Below are positions 1 through 8,716 of a DNA stretch of 64,000 bases, piece after piece. The position numbers and the translations under genes were made by a program. The DNA is from an uncultured delta proteobacterium (GTDB taxonomy: Bacteria > Myxococcota_A > Polyangia > Fen-1088). Location: contig CAVWIP010000012.1 in assembly GCA_963755125.1 (NCBI GenBank), positions 192,001 to 256,000 on the forward strand, given 5' to 3'. The first letter of the stretch is position 1; every line of letters starts with the position of its first letter. The notes under the pieces were generated by a model. It was given only the letters and a program-made list of their open reading frames with translations, searched no databases and was not told where the DNA came from.

Positions 1-2566
1 GACAGGAACGCTTCCATGCGATCTCGCCCAACTTGAAGTGGGCGAGAATCTGCTTGTCCACGCCACCCTTGGCGCCCCATTTCTTCAGGTACTCAGTCAG
101 GTGCTTGACCAGATCGTCGGTCTTGCTTTGCTTTTCGTACACCTCGCTCATCTGGAACACGACGTTGGCCGCATCCTGTGAATCGCGCGTCCCGTAGTAC
201 TTGACGAAGGCGTTCATGTCGTCGACTGCCTTCTCGAACTCGCCCAGCCCGATGCGGAAGGTATAGGCATTACCCAGAGCGGTCCGCGACTGCTTCTCGC
301 CCGAGAACTTGGTGGCGAACTCCTCGTAGCGCCGGGCTGCCTCGCTGTAGTAGGCGAGCTGGTGATAGCCGCTGGCAATTTGGAAGAGAGCCCGCTGCGC
401 CAAGGGATCCTTCGGGTGCTTTTCGATCAGCTCCTGGCGCGCCCTGATGGCCTGGCCGACCAGACGCGCGTTCTGGAAACAAAGGCCAGCATTGTAGAGA
501 CGCTCGGCGTGCTTGGGGTGGTCGGGAATGGTTTCCGCGGCGGCCACGTACGAGATGCCACACTCCTTGTAATTCTTCTCCTTCTCGTATTGCTTGGCTT
601 CCACCACCAGGCTGTCGGTCTTGAGACCAATCATCTGCTTCTTGAATTCCTGGTCCTTCATGAGGACGGCATTGCCCAGGAACTTCTCAACCGTGGCGAG
701 CAGCTCCTTGTACTTGCCCATGATGTTGAGACAGTCGAGCAGCAAGTTGGCCGAGTAGATCGCCAACTCGTCGGTCACGTGCTTGTCGACGATGTCCCTG
801 AACAGACCCACCGCATCTTCAAAGTGATTGTAGTCGTAGTAGATTCTCGCTTTTCGGTACTTGATCTTCACCAACTCCGGCGCGTCGGGCACGTACTTGA
901 TGTAGGTGTCGAAGGCCGCGATCATCTTCTGCTGTCCGGCCGGGATCGGGCGCGGCTTCATGTCCTTGTGCTCTTTCTCGGGCATCGCCCCTTCGTCGTT
1001 GATGTTGAGCGCGTTCTTCCAACCCAGCACCGCTGCATAGGCCGCCTCTTTCACGTACTTTCCCTTGGGGTCCAACTGGACCACCTTGGTATAGGTTTCG
1101 GCGGCCTCGGCCCACTGCTCGGTCACCCACAGAATTTCGCCGAAGAAGAAGGTCATCTCGGGGGTGTCCTTCTCATTGTTGAAGTGATCCAGGTACTCCT
1201 TGTAGATGAGGCGGGTGAGCTGATAGGTGTCGGCGTTCTTGGTCCGTTGCGCTTCCTTGTGCCAGATGAGGGCGAGTTCCTTGGTGGTGTCGTGATAGTT
1301 GTTCTTGCACTCGGTCATCACGTCCTTCTTCACACCCTCCACTTTCGCCATGTGCTCGTAGATCGTGCCGAGGCGCTTGACCTCCTGCACCTGATCCCGC
1401 TTGCTGCCCGAGGACAGGGTGTTACGCAGGATCTTGTATTGCCACTCACACAGGCGCGGTGACTTCTCGTTGAGCGAGATGATCTTGCGGTAAACCTTCG
1501 ATGAGTCGGCGAACATGCCTTGTTCCCAGTACAGCTCGGCCAGTGCCTCCAACATCTTGGGGGCATAGTCTCCACCCATGCGCTGGAAGAACTCCCAGGC
1601 CTTTTCCGGGGACGCTCCCGGGGTTCGCGCGTAGGCCTTGACCAGATCCTTCTTGGCCTCTTTCTCCAAGGGACCGCTTTGGCTCTTGGGGATCTTGCCC
1701 GCCTGACAAAGCTCGATCACGTTGACGAAGATGCCCAGCGCCGACTTGAAGTTGCCCAGGTTGATCTGCGCCCAGCCCTTCTTGTACACGGCGAATCCGT
1801 AGACCGACGACTTGGGGAACTGCTCCACCTTCTCGTAGAACTTGAGCGCGTTCTCCATCTCGCCCTTGCCAAAGAAGTATTCGGCAAAGGACAGGTAAGC
1901 GTTGGGGACGTACTTCGACTGTGGGTAGTCCTTGATGAGGCGGTGGAAGAACTCCCGGGCCTTGTCGTCCTTCTTGATCATCTGCAACAGATAGGCGAGG
2001 CGGAACAACACCTCGTCCATGCGCTCGTACTTCGGGTGCTTGGACGCCTCCACGTAGTCCTTGACCGCCTCGTTGGCCCACTTCTCGGCCGCCTTCTCGT
2101 TGTCCTGCTGGTCCTTCTTCAGCTTCGCGGCGAGAGAAGTGTTCTTCTTCTGCTCGGCTTGGAAGATCTTCTCGTCGAAGCTGCGTGCCTGCAAGCTGTT
2201 GAAGCGCTGCTTTTCGGCATAGAGCTCGCCCAGCCGGAAATAGAAGTCGGCCTTCTGCGGGTCGTCGTTGGGCGTAATCTTGATGAGTCGGTTGAGCTGG
2301 GAGATCTGCTTGTCGGTGATCTGTTGAATCTTCGCCTGCTGCTGACCGACGAACTGTTCCACCGTCAGAACCGGCCCGGTCTGTTTCTGCTCCTTGGGCG
2401 GCTCCTTTGGTTTCGTCAGCTCGGTCTGGGCCGCGCCCTGGACCTCCAGTTCCTTCTTCTTGTACTTCGCGTCAGCGAAAGCCGTCCCCAAGCCTGCCAC
2501 CATGCTGACGAGGACGATGCCGAGCGAGGCACCGCGTATGGAACGTCGTTGATCCTTCATGTTCAT
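1..2566 (-). CDS. Large secreted TPR-repeat protein, GltD/AgmU-like gliding motility component (3' end runs off the window)
   Basis: Minus-strand frame from ATG 2566 (or 2560), MNMKDQRRSIRGASLGIVLVSMVAGLGTAFADAKYKK with a signal peptide. It is missing from the ORF track, consistent with no stop before base 1. TPR-like helices such as FYFRLGELYAE. Lies directly downstream of the gltC-like gene. Confidence 0.7.
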   Translation of the reverse strand, partial: MNMKDQRRSIRGASLGIVLVSMVAGLGTAFADAKYKKKELEVQGAAQTELTKPKEPPKEQKQTGPVLTVEQFVGQQQAKIQQITDKQISQLNRLIKITPNDDPQKADFYFRLGELYAEKQRFNSLQARSFDEKIFQAEQKKNTSLAAKLKKDQQDNEKAAEKWANEAVKDYVEASKHPKYERMDEVLFRLAYLLQMIKKDDKAREFFHRLIKDYPQSKYVPNAYLSFAEYFFGKGEMENALKFYEKVEQFPKSSVYGFAVYKKGWAQINLGNFKSALGIFVNVIELCQAGKIPKSQSGPLEKEAKKDLVKAYARTPGASPEKAWEFFQRMGGDYAPKMLEALAELYWEQGMFADSSKVYRKIISLNEKSPRLCEWQYKILRNTLSSGSKRDQVQEVKRLGTIYEHMAKVEGVKKDVMTECKNNYHDTTKELALIWHKEAQRTKNADTYQLTRLIYKEYLDHFNNEKDTPEMTFFFGEILWVTEQWAEAAETYTKVVQLDPKGKYVKEAAYAAVLGWKNALNINDEGAMPEKEHKDMKPRPIPAGQQKMIAAFDTYIKYVPDAPELVKIKYRKARIYYDYNHFEDAVGLFRDIVDKHVTDELAIYSANLLLDCLNIMGKYKELLATVEKFLGNAVLMKDQEFKKQMIGLKTDSLVVEAKQYEKEKNYKECGISYVAAAETIPDHPKHAERLYNAGLCFQNARLVGQAIRARQELIEKHPKDPLAQRALFQIASGYHQLAYYSEAARRYEEFATKFSGEKQSRTALGNAYTFRIGLGEFEKAVDDMNAFVKYYGTRDSQDAANVVFQMSEVYEKQSKTDDLVKHLTEYLKKWGAKGGVDKQILAHFKLGEIAWKRSC

Positions 2567-2594
2567 TTCCCTTGCTTAGCTGATCTGGGTCCGG

Positions 2595-4343
2595 TCAGGG
2601 CGTCTCGCCCGCCGGTGCCGATTCCGGCGCGGGCGCTTCGGCCGGCGTTTCGCCGCCTTCTGGCACAGGAGCCCCTTCTCCACCACTGGCCGGCGCCCCT
2701 TCGGGTCCCGCGCTTCCATGCACACACTTGTTCAGGAGCTTGTACCGGTAGTAGCCGAGTTCATCGCGCCAATACTCCCCCAGGAACGGCCAGAACTCGT
2801 GTTCGTCATCGATACGGACGTTGCTGATGTCCTTGGCGCGGCCGGCACCGCCAGTCATTGTCTCAGCCTTGACGTCCTCTTCCAACTGGCCCTTTTCACC
2901 CTGGAGAATCTCGTACTCGATCTTGATCACGCGGGTTATGAGCTGGCGAAACTCATTCACCAGGCGTTCGACGCGCTTGCGAGCGATTTCGCCGGTTTCA
3001 TTGACGGCCAAGGCGCGGGTCACGCCGATTTCGGAATAGATGGTCGTGGCCACCGCGGTGCTCTTCCACGCGGCATCGGCCTTCTCATGCTGAATCAGCT
3101 CGCGGTCGAGTTCTCGTATGGCGTCGAAGCGCCGGACCAGGCTGCGGTCAGACATGACCGCTCGCGCCGCCCGTTCAACCGCCGGAGGCAGTCCCGATCT
3201 GCCACTGCGAATCTTCACCGCCAGATCATAGAACTGATCGTTGGCGGTGTGGCTGGCCAGTGCCTGGGCCAGGCCTTCCGCCACCTGGGGCACCCAGTCG
3301 TTAAACTCCTGGATGGCACTGGCGGCCCGGTCGAAGAGGCAATTATAGAAATAGATGGTCGCCTTGACTGTCAAAGCCTCGGCCACTGACTCTGGCTTGA
3401 TGAAGTACTCGAAGAACGGGGCGCGCAGGGTGTGAATGTTGCCAAGTGCCTTTGAATACCCCTGTTGCTTGAGCATGAAGTTGGCCCACGATGCCTCGAA
3501 CAGACTGTTGGGCCAGTCATACGACTCGGGTGAAACCCGATCGAAGTACTTGGTCGCCATCTCGAACTGGCCGGTGGAATAGAAGACCCGAGCGAGGGAG
3601 AGATTGGCCAGATCCTGGAAGGGCTTGACCTTCGGATCCTGACTCTCCTCGGCAGCCCGCAGCACCGCTTTGAACGCGTCGACCGCCGGCTTCGCGGCAT
3701 ATTCACGCACGTGGGTCGCGCCTTCGAACAGCTTGGCCTGCGGGTAGAACGCACTCTTGGCCGGCACCAAGTTGAAAAGCGAAACGGCTTCCTGGAACTT
3801 GCCCTTATTGTAGTTGTACTTGCCCAATAGGAAGTACAGCTCGTCGCGCACCGCCTCGAGCTGCGGGGCTTCCAGTTCCTGTCGGTTGTACTTGCCGATC
3901 TTCTCCAGGACGGCGGCGGAATCCACCGGCTGATGGGTGAGCGAAGCCAGCCACTGCAGGGTTTCATTGTAGTGGGGATGGGCAGGACCCTTCTGCACAA
4001 CGCGATCGAAGTAACTCAACGCTGCCGAAAAGAACTTCAGCTTGAACAGCGTCTTGCCCATCATGAACTCGGCCCGCATTCTCGCGTCCACGCCCGCCTC
4101 GCCCTCGATGGCCTTGTTGAACTCAATGGAGGCCATGTAGTAGTCACCGCGCTGGTAGAACTTCTCAGCGCGCTCGAGCGCGGGCGACGGCTCACCCGCT
4201 GACTTGGGGTTCGATTGCGTATCGGCCGCGGGCGTGGCGGCGGCCGGCTTGTTCTTCTTCCGTCTTTGCGCCCAGGCATCGGACGTCACCGTCAGGGTGA
4301 GGGCGAGAAGCAGGAACAATGCACAACCCTTTTCACGGCTCAT
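2595..4343 (-). CDS. gltC: TPR protein, GltC-like gliding motility component
   Basis: ATG 4343 MSREKGCALFLLLALTL..AWA signal peptide, TPR repeats, and the C-terminal WPFLGEYWRDELGYYRY motif recalled from GltC-family proteins. Confidence 0.7.
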   Translation of the reverse strand: MSREKGCALFLLLALTLTVTSDAWAQRRKKNKPAAATPAADTQSNPKSAGEPSPALERAEKFYQRGDYYMASIEFNKAIEGEAGVDARMRAEFMMGKTLFKLKFFSAALSYFDRVVQKGPAHPHYNETLQWLASLTHQPVDSAAVLEKIGKYNRQELEAPQLEAVRDELYFLLGKYNYNKGKFQEAVSLFNLVPAKSAFYPQAKLFEGATHVREYAAKPAVDAFKAVLRAAEESQDPKVKPFQDLANLSLARVFYSTGQFEMATKYFDRVSPESYDWPNSLFEASWANFMLKQQGYSKALGNIHTLRAPFFEYFIKPESVAEALTVKATIYFYNCLFDRAASAIQEFNDWVPQVAEGLAQALASHTANDQFYDLAVKIRSGRSGLPPAVERAARAVMSDRSLVRRFDAIRELDRELIQHEKADAAWKSTAVATTIYSEIGVTRALAVNETGEIARKRVERLVNEFRQLITRVIKIEYEILQGEKGQLEEDVKAETMTGGAGRAKDISNVRIDDEHEFWPFLGEYWRDELGYYRYKLLNKCVHGSAGPEGAPASGGEGAPVPEGGETPAEAPAPESAPAGETP

Positions 4344-4542
4344 GGATGGACCTCGCTCGGTGACGCCCACCTCGGAAGAATTCGGCGGGCAATTGGTGGA
4401 AGAACTGCTCAAATGTTTTGGTGTCGCCGACCCGGCCGCACGACCGTAAGCTAGTGTCTAGGTGTTTGCGGGGCTTCAACTCGAAAACCGTGGCGATCGT
4501 GTCGGAGACGCTACCGTCGGTGTCTGGCCTGGAAACCGCGCC

Positions 4543-4571
4543 ATCCTAGGCACGCGGATCTGAGGTGTCAA
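4543..4571 (-). promoter_or_regulatory. Putative sigma70 promoter for the gltC-gltD-like operon
   Basis: Minus strand TTGACA (4571-4566), 17-nt spacer, TAGGAT (4548-4543). Confidence 0.55.
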
Positions 4572-4653
4572 GCGAGAACATCCCACCCCGGACCGCGCTC
4601 AACTACGCGAATCTTCGGAACAATATGTCGCCCCGCGGGGCTGCGATTCCCTG

Positions 4654-4681
4654 TTGACAGGAGCCTTCGCGACGCTAAGAT
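4654..4681 (+). promoter_or_regulatory. Putative sigma70 promoter for the cglC-like gene
   Basis: TTGACA (4654-4659), 16-nt spacer, TAAGAT (4676-4681); divergent from the previous promoter. Confidence 0.55.
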
Positions 4682-4749
4682 GACCGACGATTGCTACCTC
4701 ACCGTGCTTGCCCTCGGCTTCGGCCGAACCGGACAGGAGGAGTCCTTCG

Positions 4750-5247
4750 ATGAGCCCGAAACTGCGTATCCCGTCTCGCCGCCTGTGGATGGCGCTTGTT
4801 CGTGTCTCCTTGCTTGGAGCGTCCCTTCTCGCCCTTGCCGTCTTTGGCAGCATGGCCTGCGAGGACAACGGGATTGGCCGTCCCTGCGATATCTTGGTTG
4901 ACGCTGGTCAGACGCAGGCCGTTTACAATCCTCAGGCGCTCGAGTGCCCGAGCCGGATCTGCCTCAAGCCCGTCAATGAGAACAGTGCGAACGTAACGAC
5001 TGGCCCCTACTGCTCGGCGACATGCTCAAGCGATAGCGACTGCAGTGGACAGAAGAAGGACATGAGTGACAATAGCGACCACCGCTGCGCAACAGGCTAC
5101 GCCTGCGGTGTGGCCTTCGTTGTCGGCGCGCTCTGCTGCCAGAAGCTCTGCCTCTGCAAGGACTTCCTGGTCGCCGGGGCCGGTCTGACGACGCCGACCG
5201 CCTGTGACCCCAAGCTGAACAACGGAAAGACGGCCTGCGATCAGTAG
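4750..5247 (+). CDS. cglC: Cys-rich lipoprotein, CglC/GltK-like
   Basis: AGGAGG RBS before ATG 4750, lipobox-like SMA-C, Cys-rich body (GRPC..ECPSRIC..YCSATCSSDSDC..CCQKLCLCKD), and location beside glt genes. Confidence 0.65.
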   Translation: MSPKLRIPSRRLWMALVRVSLLGASLLALAVFGSMACEDNGIGRPCDILVDAGQTQAVYNPQALECPSRICLKPVNENSANVTTGPYCSATCSSDSDCSGQKKDMSDNSDHRCATGYACGVAFVVGALCCQKLCLCKDFLVAGAGLTTPTACDPKLNNGKTACDQ

Positions 5248-5259
5248 CGAACGGCGGGG

Positions 5260-5642
5260 ATGGGTGCCCGCGCAACGCGGGACGCGCGGCGGTTGGTGCA
5301 CGCGCCGAGGCTCTGGCTGCCGCCCTGCTGGAAGCGCGTGGCTATCGCATCGTCGAGCGAAACTGGCGCCGCCCCCAGGGAGAATTGGACTTGGTGGCGG
5401 AATATCGAGGCATCCTTGTCTTCGTCGAGGTCCGCTCGCGCACGGGTGAGGAACGCGGGCATCCTCTTGAAACGGTGAATGCTCGCAAGCGAGCCCGCGT
5501 CGTGCGCGCCGCTCGCCTGTACCTGGAAGACAACCAGCCCACTGCTACGGCATTCCGTTTCGATGTCGTAGGGGTGACCTTCGCTTGCGACGGGGCTCCG
5601 CCCACAATGACTCACGTGGAAGACGCGTTTCGCGTGGGTTGA
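5260..5642 (+). CDS. yraN: YraN/UPF0102 family nuclease-like protein, with an apparent 1-nt frameshift near 5288
   Basis: The frame of ORF 5385..5642 reads VGARAEALAAALLEARGYRIVERNWRRPQGELDLVA..LVFVEVRSR..RFDVVGV, which is YraN. It has no in-frame ATG/GTG upstream, and ATG 5260 is in another frame. Confidence 0.8.
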
Positions 5643-5656
5643 GGCTGTTCACTCAC

Positions 5657-5798
5657 ATGGGAACCCTGGAAGGGTTCCCATCCCCTCCCGCGATGGTCCG
5701 CCGCCGGCGAGGGCGCGCGCGAAGCGCGCGGGGTGGGCAGGGTGGCGGGTCGTCCCAAAGTCCCCGCAGGGGGCAAAGCCGGCGGGCTCCCCACGCGA
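5657..5798 (+). repeat. Palindromic repeat copy R1 with nested module B (5709-5774)
   Basis: ATGGGAACCCT-gga-AGGGTTCCCAT, then CCCCTCCCGCGATGGTCCGCCGCCGGC [module B] AAAGCCGGCGGGCTCCCCACGCGA; abuts the rplS stop codon. Confidence 0.9.
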
Positions 5799-6233
5799 CT
5801 ACACCACGCTGGGCGCTTCGCCGTCGATAGCAGGAACGGCCTCTTCGGGAGCCGAACCGCCAACCTCTCCCTGCTCCACAACGCTGCGCTCACCCTTGAT
5901 ACGCGCCGCGCGGCCCTGCAGATCCCGCAGATAGTTGAGACGAGCCCGGCGTACGCGCCCGCGCTGCACAATCTCAATCTTCTCGATCCGGCTCGTGTGC
6001 AGAGGGAAGATGCGCTCGACGCCCACGCCATACGAGATCTTGCGCACAGTAAACGATGCGCAAGCCGAGCCGGAGCGCCGGTCAATGCACACACCCTCGA
6101 ATATCTGGACGCGCTCCTTTTCGCCTTCTTTGATCAGGGTGTGAACCCTAACGCTGTCACCCGGCCGAAAATCCGGAATGTTGTCCCGCCGGTAGGCATT
6201 CTCGATCGCTCGTATCAGGGGGTGCGTGCTCAT
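5799..6233 (-). CDS. rplS: 50S ribosomal protein L19
   Basis: [54 protein letters not shown]; likely start ATG 6233 (MSTHP). Confidence 0.97.
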   Translation of the reverse strand: MSTHPLIRAIENAYRRDNIPDFRPGDSVRVHTLIKEGEKERVQIFEGVCIDRRSGSACASFTVRKISYGVGVERIFPLHTSRIEKIEIVQRGRVRRARLNYLRDLQGRAARIKGERSVVEQGEVGGSAPEEAVPAIDGEAPSVV

Positions 6234-6294
6234 GGGTCCGCTCGATGCAGGGGCGTATTTACTACGCGGAAGGAGGCCGGCAGTCAACACTTAC

Positions 6295-6586
6295 ATGGGA
6301 ACCCTGGGAGGGTTCCCATATCCCTCTCGCGCTCTGGCTCTGGCGGGCTAAGCCCGCCTTCGCCTACGCGATCATGGGAACACAAAGACCTCGCCTAGCC
6401 CTTCGGCCCCCACACCTGCCCCCCCCGACGCTCGCTTCTCTCGGCCTCACCTCCCGCGATGGTGCGCCACGCGCGGCACTGGCAGAGCGGCGGGCAACGA
6501 GGGCGCGCGCGCGGCGCGCGGGGCAGGCAGGGTGGGGTTGTTGGTCCCGAAGTCCCCGAAGGGGGAGCCCGCCTTCGCCTACGCGA
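6295..6586 (+). repeat. Composite repeat cluster R2 (tandem units plus two module-B copies) between trmD and rplS
   Basis: Unit 6295-6371 (ATGGGAACCCTgggAGGGTTCCCAT...GGCGGGCtaaGCCCGCC...ACGCGA). A second, disrupted unit starts at 6374. Module B is reversed at ~6390-6448 and forward at ~6499-6565. The cluster ends in ACGCGA at 6586. Confidence 0.9.
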
Positions 6587-7364
6587 TCCCATCCAGCTCG
6601 GCGAGCAGGGCCCTGTCTTCTTCGGTCAGCGGGTACCGGTCGATCAGGTCAGGACGGCGCAACAACGTACGCCGCAGTGCTTCTCGCCGACGCCAACGTG
6701 CCACTCGGGCATGGTTACCTGAAAGCAACACGTCTGGAACACCCAGCCCGCGGTAGACGGGAGGCCGGGTCCACTGAGGAAACTCCAGTCGGCCGACCGA
6801 GAAAGACTCTTCCACCACCGACTCCCCGCAACCGAGCACTCCCGGCACCAAGCGCGCGGTGGCCTCGATGATGACAGCGGCCGCAACCTCGCCGCCAGCC
6901 AACACATAATCCCCGATGCTCACCGACTCGTCGGCGTAGATCTGGGCGATGCGCTCGTCCAGACCCTCATAGCGGCCGCAGATGAGCATGATGTGGCCGC
7001 GAGCCGTCAAGTCTGCGGCACACTTCTGGTCGAACAGTCGCCCTGACGGTGTGAGCAGGATCCGATACGCTCGCCCGCGCCGAGTCTCGACATCGTCAAT
7101 GGCCGCCGCGACGGGTTCCGGGCGCAAGATCATGCCAGGTCCGCCGCCGTAGGGCGAGTCGTCGACCTGACGATGGCGGCCTGGCGCGAAGTCTCGCGGG
7201 TTGGTTCTCTCGACGGAGATGAGGCCGCTGCTGACAGCCTTTCCCAGCAGGCTGGCCTGGAGGAAGGAAGTGAACACCTCGGGAAACAGGGTGACAATCT
7301 CAACCACAAGCCGAGGTGACGTCGCGCCACCAACGTCGTCTGTGTCGAGCCGACCATCACTCAT
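6579..7364 (-). CDS. trmD: tRNA (guanine-N1)-methyltransferase
   Basis: VTLFPE, VDDSPYGGGPGM, CGRYEGLDER, SIGDYVLAGGE, LLSGNHA; ATG 7364 overlaps the rimM stop. Confidence 0.97.
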   Translation of the reverse strand: MSDGRLDTDDVGGATSPRLVVEIVTLFPEVFTSFLQASLLGKAVSSGLISVERTNPRDFAPGRHRQVDDSPYGGGPGMILRPEPVAAAIDDVETRRGRAYRILLTPSGRLFDQKCAADLTARGHIMLICGRYEGLDERIAQIYADESVSIGDYVLAGGEVAAAVIIEATARLVPGVLGCGESVVEESFSVGRLEFPQWTRPPVYRGLGVPDVLLSGNHARVARWRRREALRRTLLRRPDLIDRYPLTEEDRALLAELDGIA

Positions 7365-7959
7365 GAGGATCAACCACCACTCGTTTCGTCGAACGGTCGA
7401 TCGCCACAATGAACTCGGGCACCGCGGGAAGCAACCGCTCGTCCGTCTCCCCGCTCCCAATCACCATGACGTCGTGACCGCCGTTCCAGAACACCTTACG
7501 CACAACGCCCAGACTGCATCCCTCGCTGTCTTCGACCAGGCAGCCGACCAGGTCCTCCACGTAGAACTCGCCCGCTCCCAACGGCGGAAGCGTCGTCCTA
7601 CGCAACCACAACTCCCGCCCGGTCAGAGACGCCGCCTCCTTTCGCGTCGAAATGCCCTCCAGCCTGAGCAGAAATCCGTCGACAATTCGCCGAATCGCCG
7701 TGACCGTGGCCAGCGTTTCCGAGCCCGGTCGCGTGGAGAGCCCGCCGACTTCGTCGGCGGCGGACCGCCGCGGGAGGGTTTGGGAACCCTTCCGGGGTTC
7801 CCATGTCAACCCCCCAATCGCCACCTCTAGCGGCAGCGCAACGGTGTCCAGTCGCCAACCGCTGGAGTGAAAAGGGCGGAGGCTGATCTCGCCAGTAGTG
7901 CCGTGCGGCCGCCCCAAGGTTCCAAAGGGCAGACTCTCGGAAAGCACGCTGTGACCCAC
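7357..7959 (-). CDS. rimM: Ribosome maturation factor RimM, carrying an in-frame 25-aa repeat-derived insertion
   Basis: GTLGRPHGTTGE, GEFYVEDLVGC, LLPAVPEFIVAID; canonical rpsP-khpA-rimM-trmD-rplS gene order. Confidence 0.95.
   Translation of the reverse strand: MGHSVLSESLPFGTLGRPHGTTGEISLRPFHSSGWRLDTVALPLEVAIGGLTWEPRKGSQTLPRRSAADEVGGLSTRPGSETLATVTAIRRIVDGFLLRLEGISTRKEAASLTGRELWLRRTTLPPLGAGEFYVEDLVGCLVEDSEGCSLGVVRKVFWNGGHDVMVIGSGETDERLLPAVPEFIVAIDRSTKRVVVDPHE
7729..7804 (-). repeat. Palindromic repeat copy R3, inside the rimM CDS
   Basis: Reverse complement ATGGGAACCCcggaaGGGTTCCCAAACCCTCCCGCGGCGGTCCGCCGCCGACgaaGTCGGCGGGCTCTCCACGCGA matches R1 without module B. Confidence 0.92.
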
Positions 7960-7983
7960 TGAGCGCAGCGGAGAACCCCCGCG

Positions 7984-8268
7984 CTACTCGAGGATCTCCA
8001 AAATCGCACGTCGCTTCATCTTTGCTGAAGCGGCGGAAAGAACCGTGCGCAAAGCCTTGGCGGTGCGGCCTTGGCGCCCGATGACCCGTCCCAAGTCGGA
8101 TTCGGCCACCTTCAACTCGAAGACTGTACCGTCCTGCTCCTCGATTTCCTCGACCGCTACCTCATCGGGGTGCTCCACCAGCGCGCGCGCCAGATAGAGG
8201 ACCAGATCGCGCAGCGGAGGCGCTTTCTCGGAACCTCCCACGGAGGGGGACTCGGCGCCCTCTGTCAC
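7984..8268 (-). CDS. khpA: KH-domain RNA-binding protein KhpA (UPF0109)
   Basis: LARALVEHPDEV, DLGRVIGRQGRTAKALR; sits between rpsP and rimM. Confidence 0.93.
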   Translation of the reverse strand: MTEGAESPSVGGSEKAPPLRDLVLYLARALVEHPDEVAVEEIEEQDGTVFELKVAESDLGRVIGRQGRTAKALRTVLSAASAKMKRRAILEILE

Positions 8269-8275
8269 GGGAGCA

Positions 8276-8539
8276 CTACTCGGTCGGCGCCGCTACGGTT
8301 GCGCGCCTGACCTTCTTGATGAGCTGGCCGACGGTCTCGCTAGGAACGGCCCCCATGGCCAACCAGTGGTCGACACGGGCCATGTCGAACTTGACCTCGG
8401 GCGGGCTACGCCGCGGGTCGTAGATTCCAACCTGCTCGATCAGACGTCCATCTCGCGGACTCCGGCGATCCGAGGCGACAACGCGATAGTGCGGGGACTT
8501 CTTTCCTCCGCCGCGGGTGAGTCGTAGTGTGACGGCCAT
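8276..8539 (-). CDS. rpsP: 30S ribosomal protein S16
   Basis: MAVTLRLTRGGGKKSPHYRVVASDRRSPRDGRLIEQVGIYDP. Confidence 0.98.
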   Translation of the reverse strand: MAVTLRLTRGGGKKSPHYRVVASDRRSPRDGRLIEQVGIYDPRRSPPEVKFDMARVDHWLAMGAVPSETVGQLIKKVRRATVAAPTE

Positions 8540-8586
8540 GTTATTGGGATCCTCGTGGGCTCGAGCTGAGCCAACGGCTGAGAGTG

Positions 8587-8615
8587 ATTATAACGCATGC
8601 GATTGTCAAGGCGAA
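8587..8615 (-). promoter_or_regulatory. Putative promoter region of the rpsP operon
   Basis: Minus-strand TATAAT (8592-8587) with TTCGCC at 17-nt spacing. A perfect TTGACA (8609-8604) lies only 11 nt from the TATAAT, which may indicate overlapping promoters. Confidence 0.4.
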
Positions 8616-8716
8616 GGTGGTTCTTTTCTCTGCCGAATTTTATCAGCCTGCACGCGTTATTGCCCACCAATCAGAGTGACAACCGGCCGAGCCTCTGCGA
8701 TTTTCCTTTGGTTTTC

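Noticed and set aside
362..2827. Long plus-strand ORFs 362..1462 and 1520..2827
   Set aside because: Antisense shadows of the minus-strand TPR genes, typical of high-GC codon bias; no recognisable motifs.
5657..6586. Repeat clusters as a CRISPR array
   Set aside because: No regular repeat-spacer periodicity, copies are dispersed and nested, and there are no cas genes in the window.
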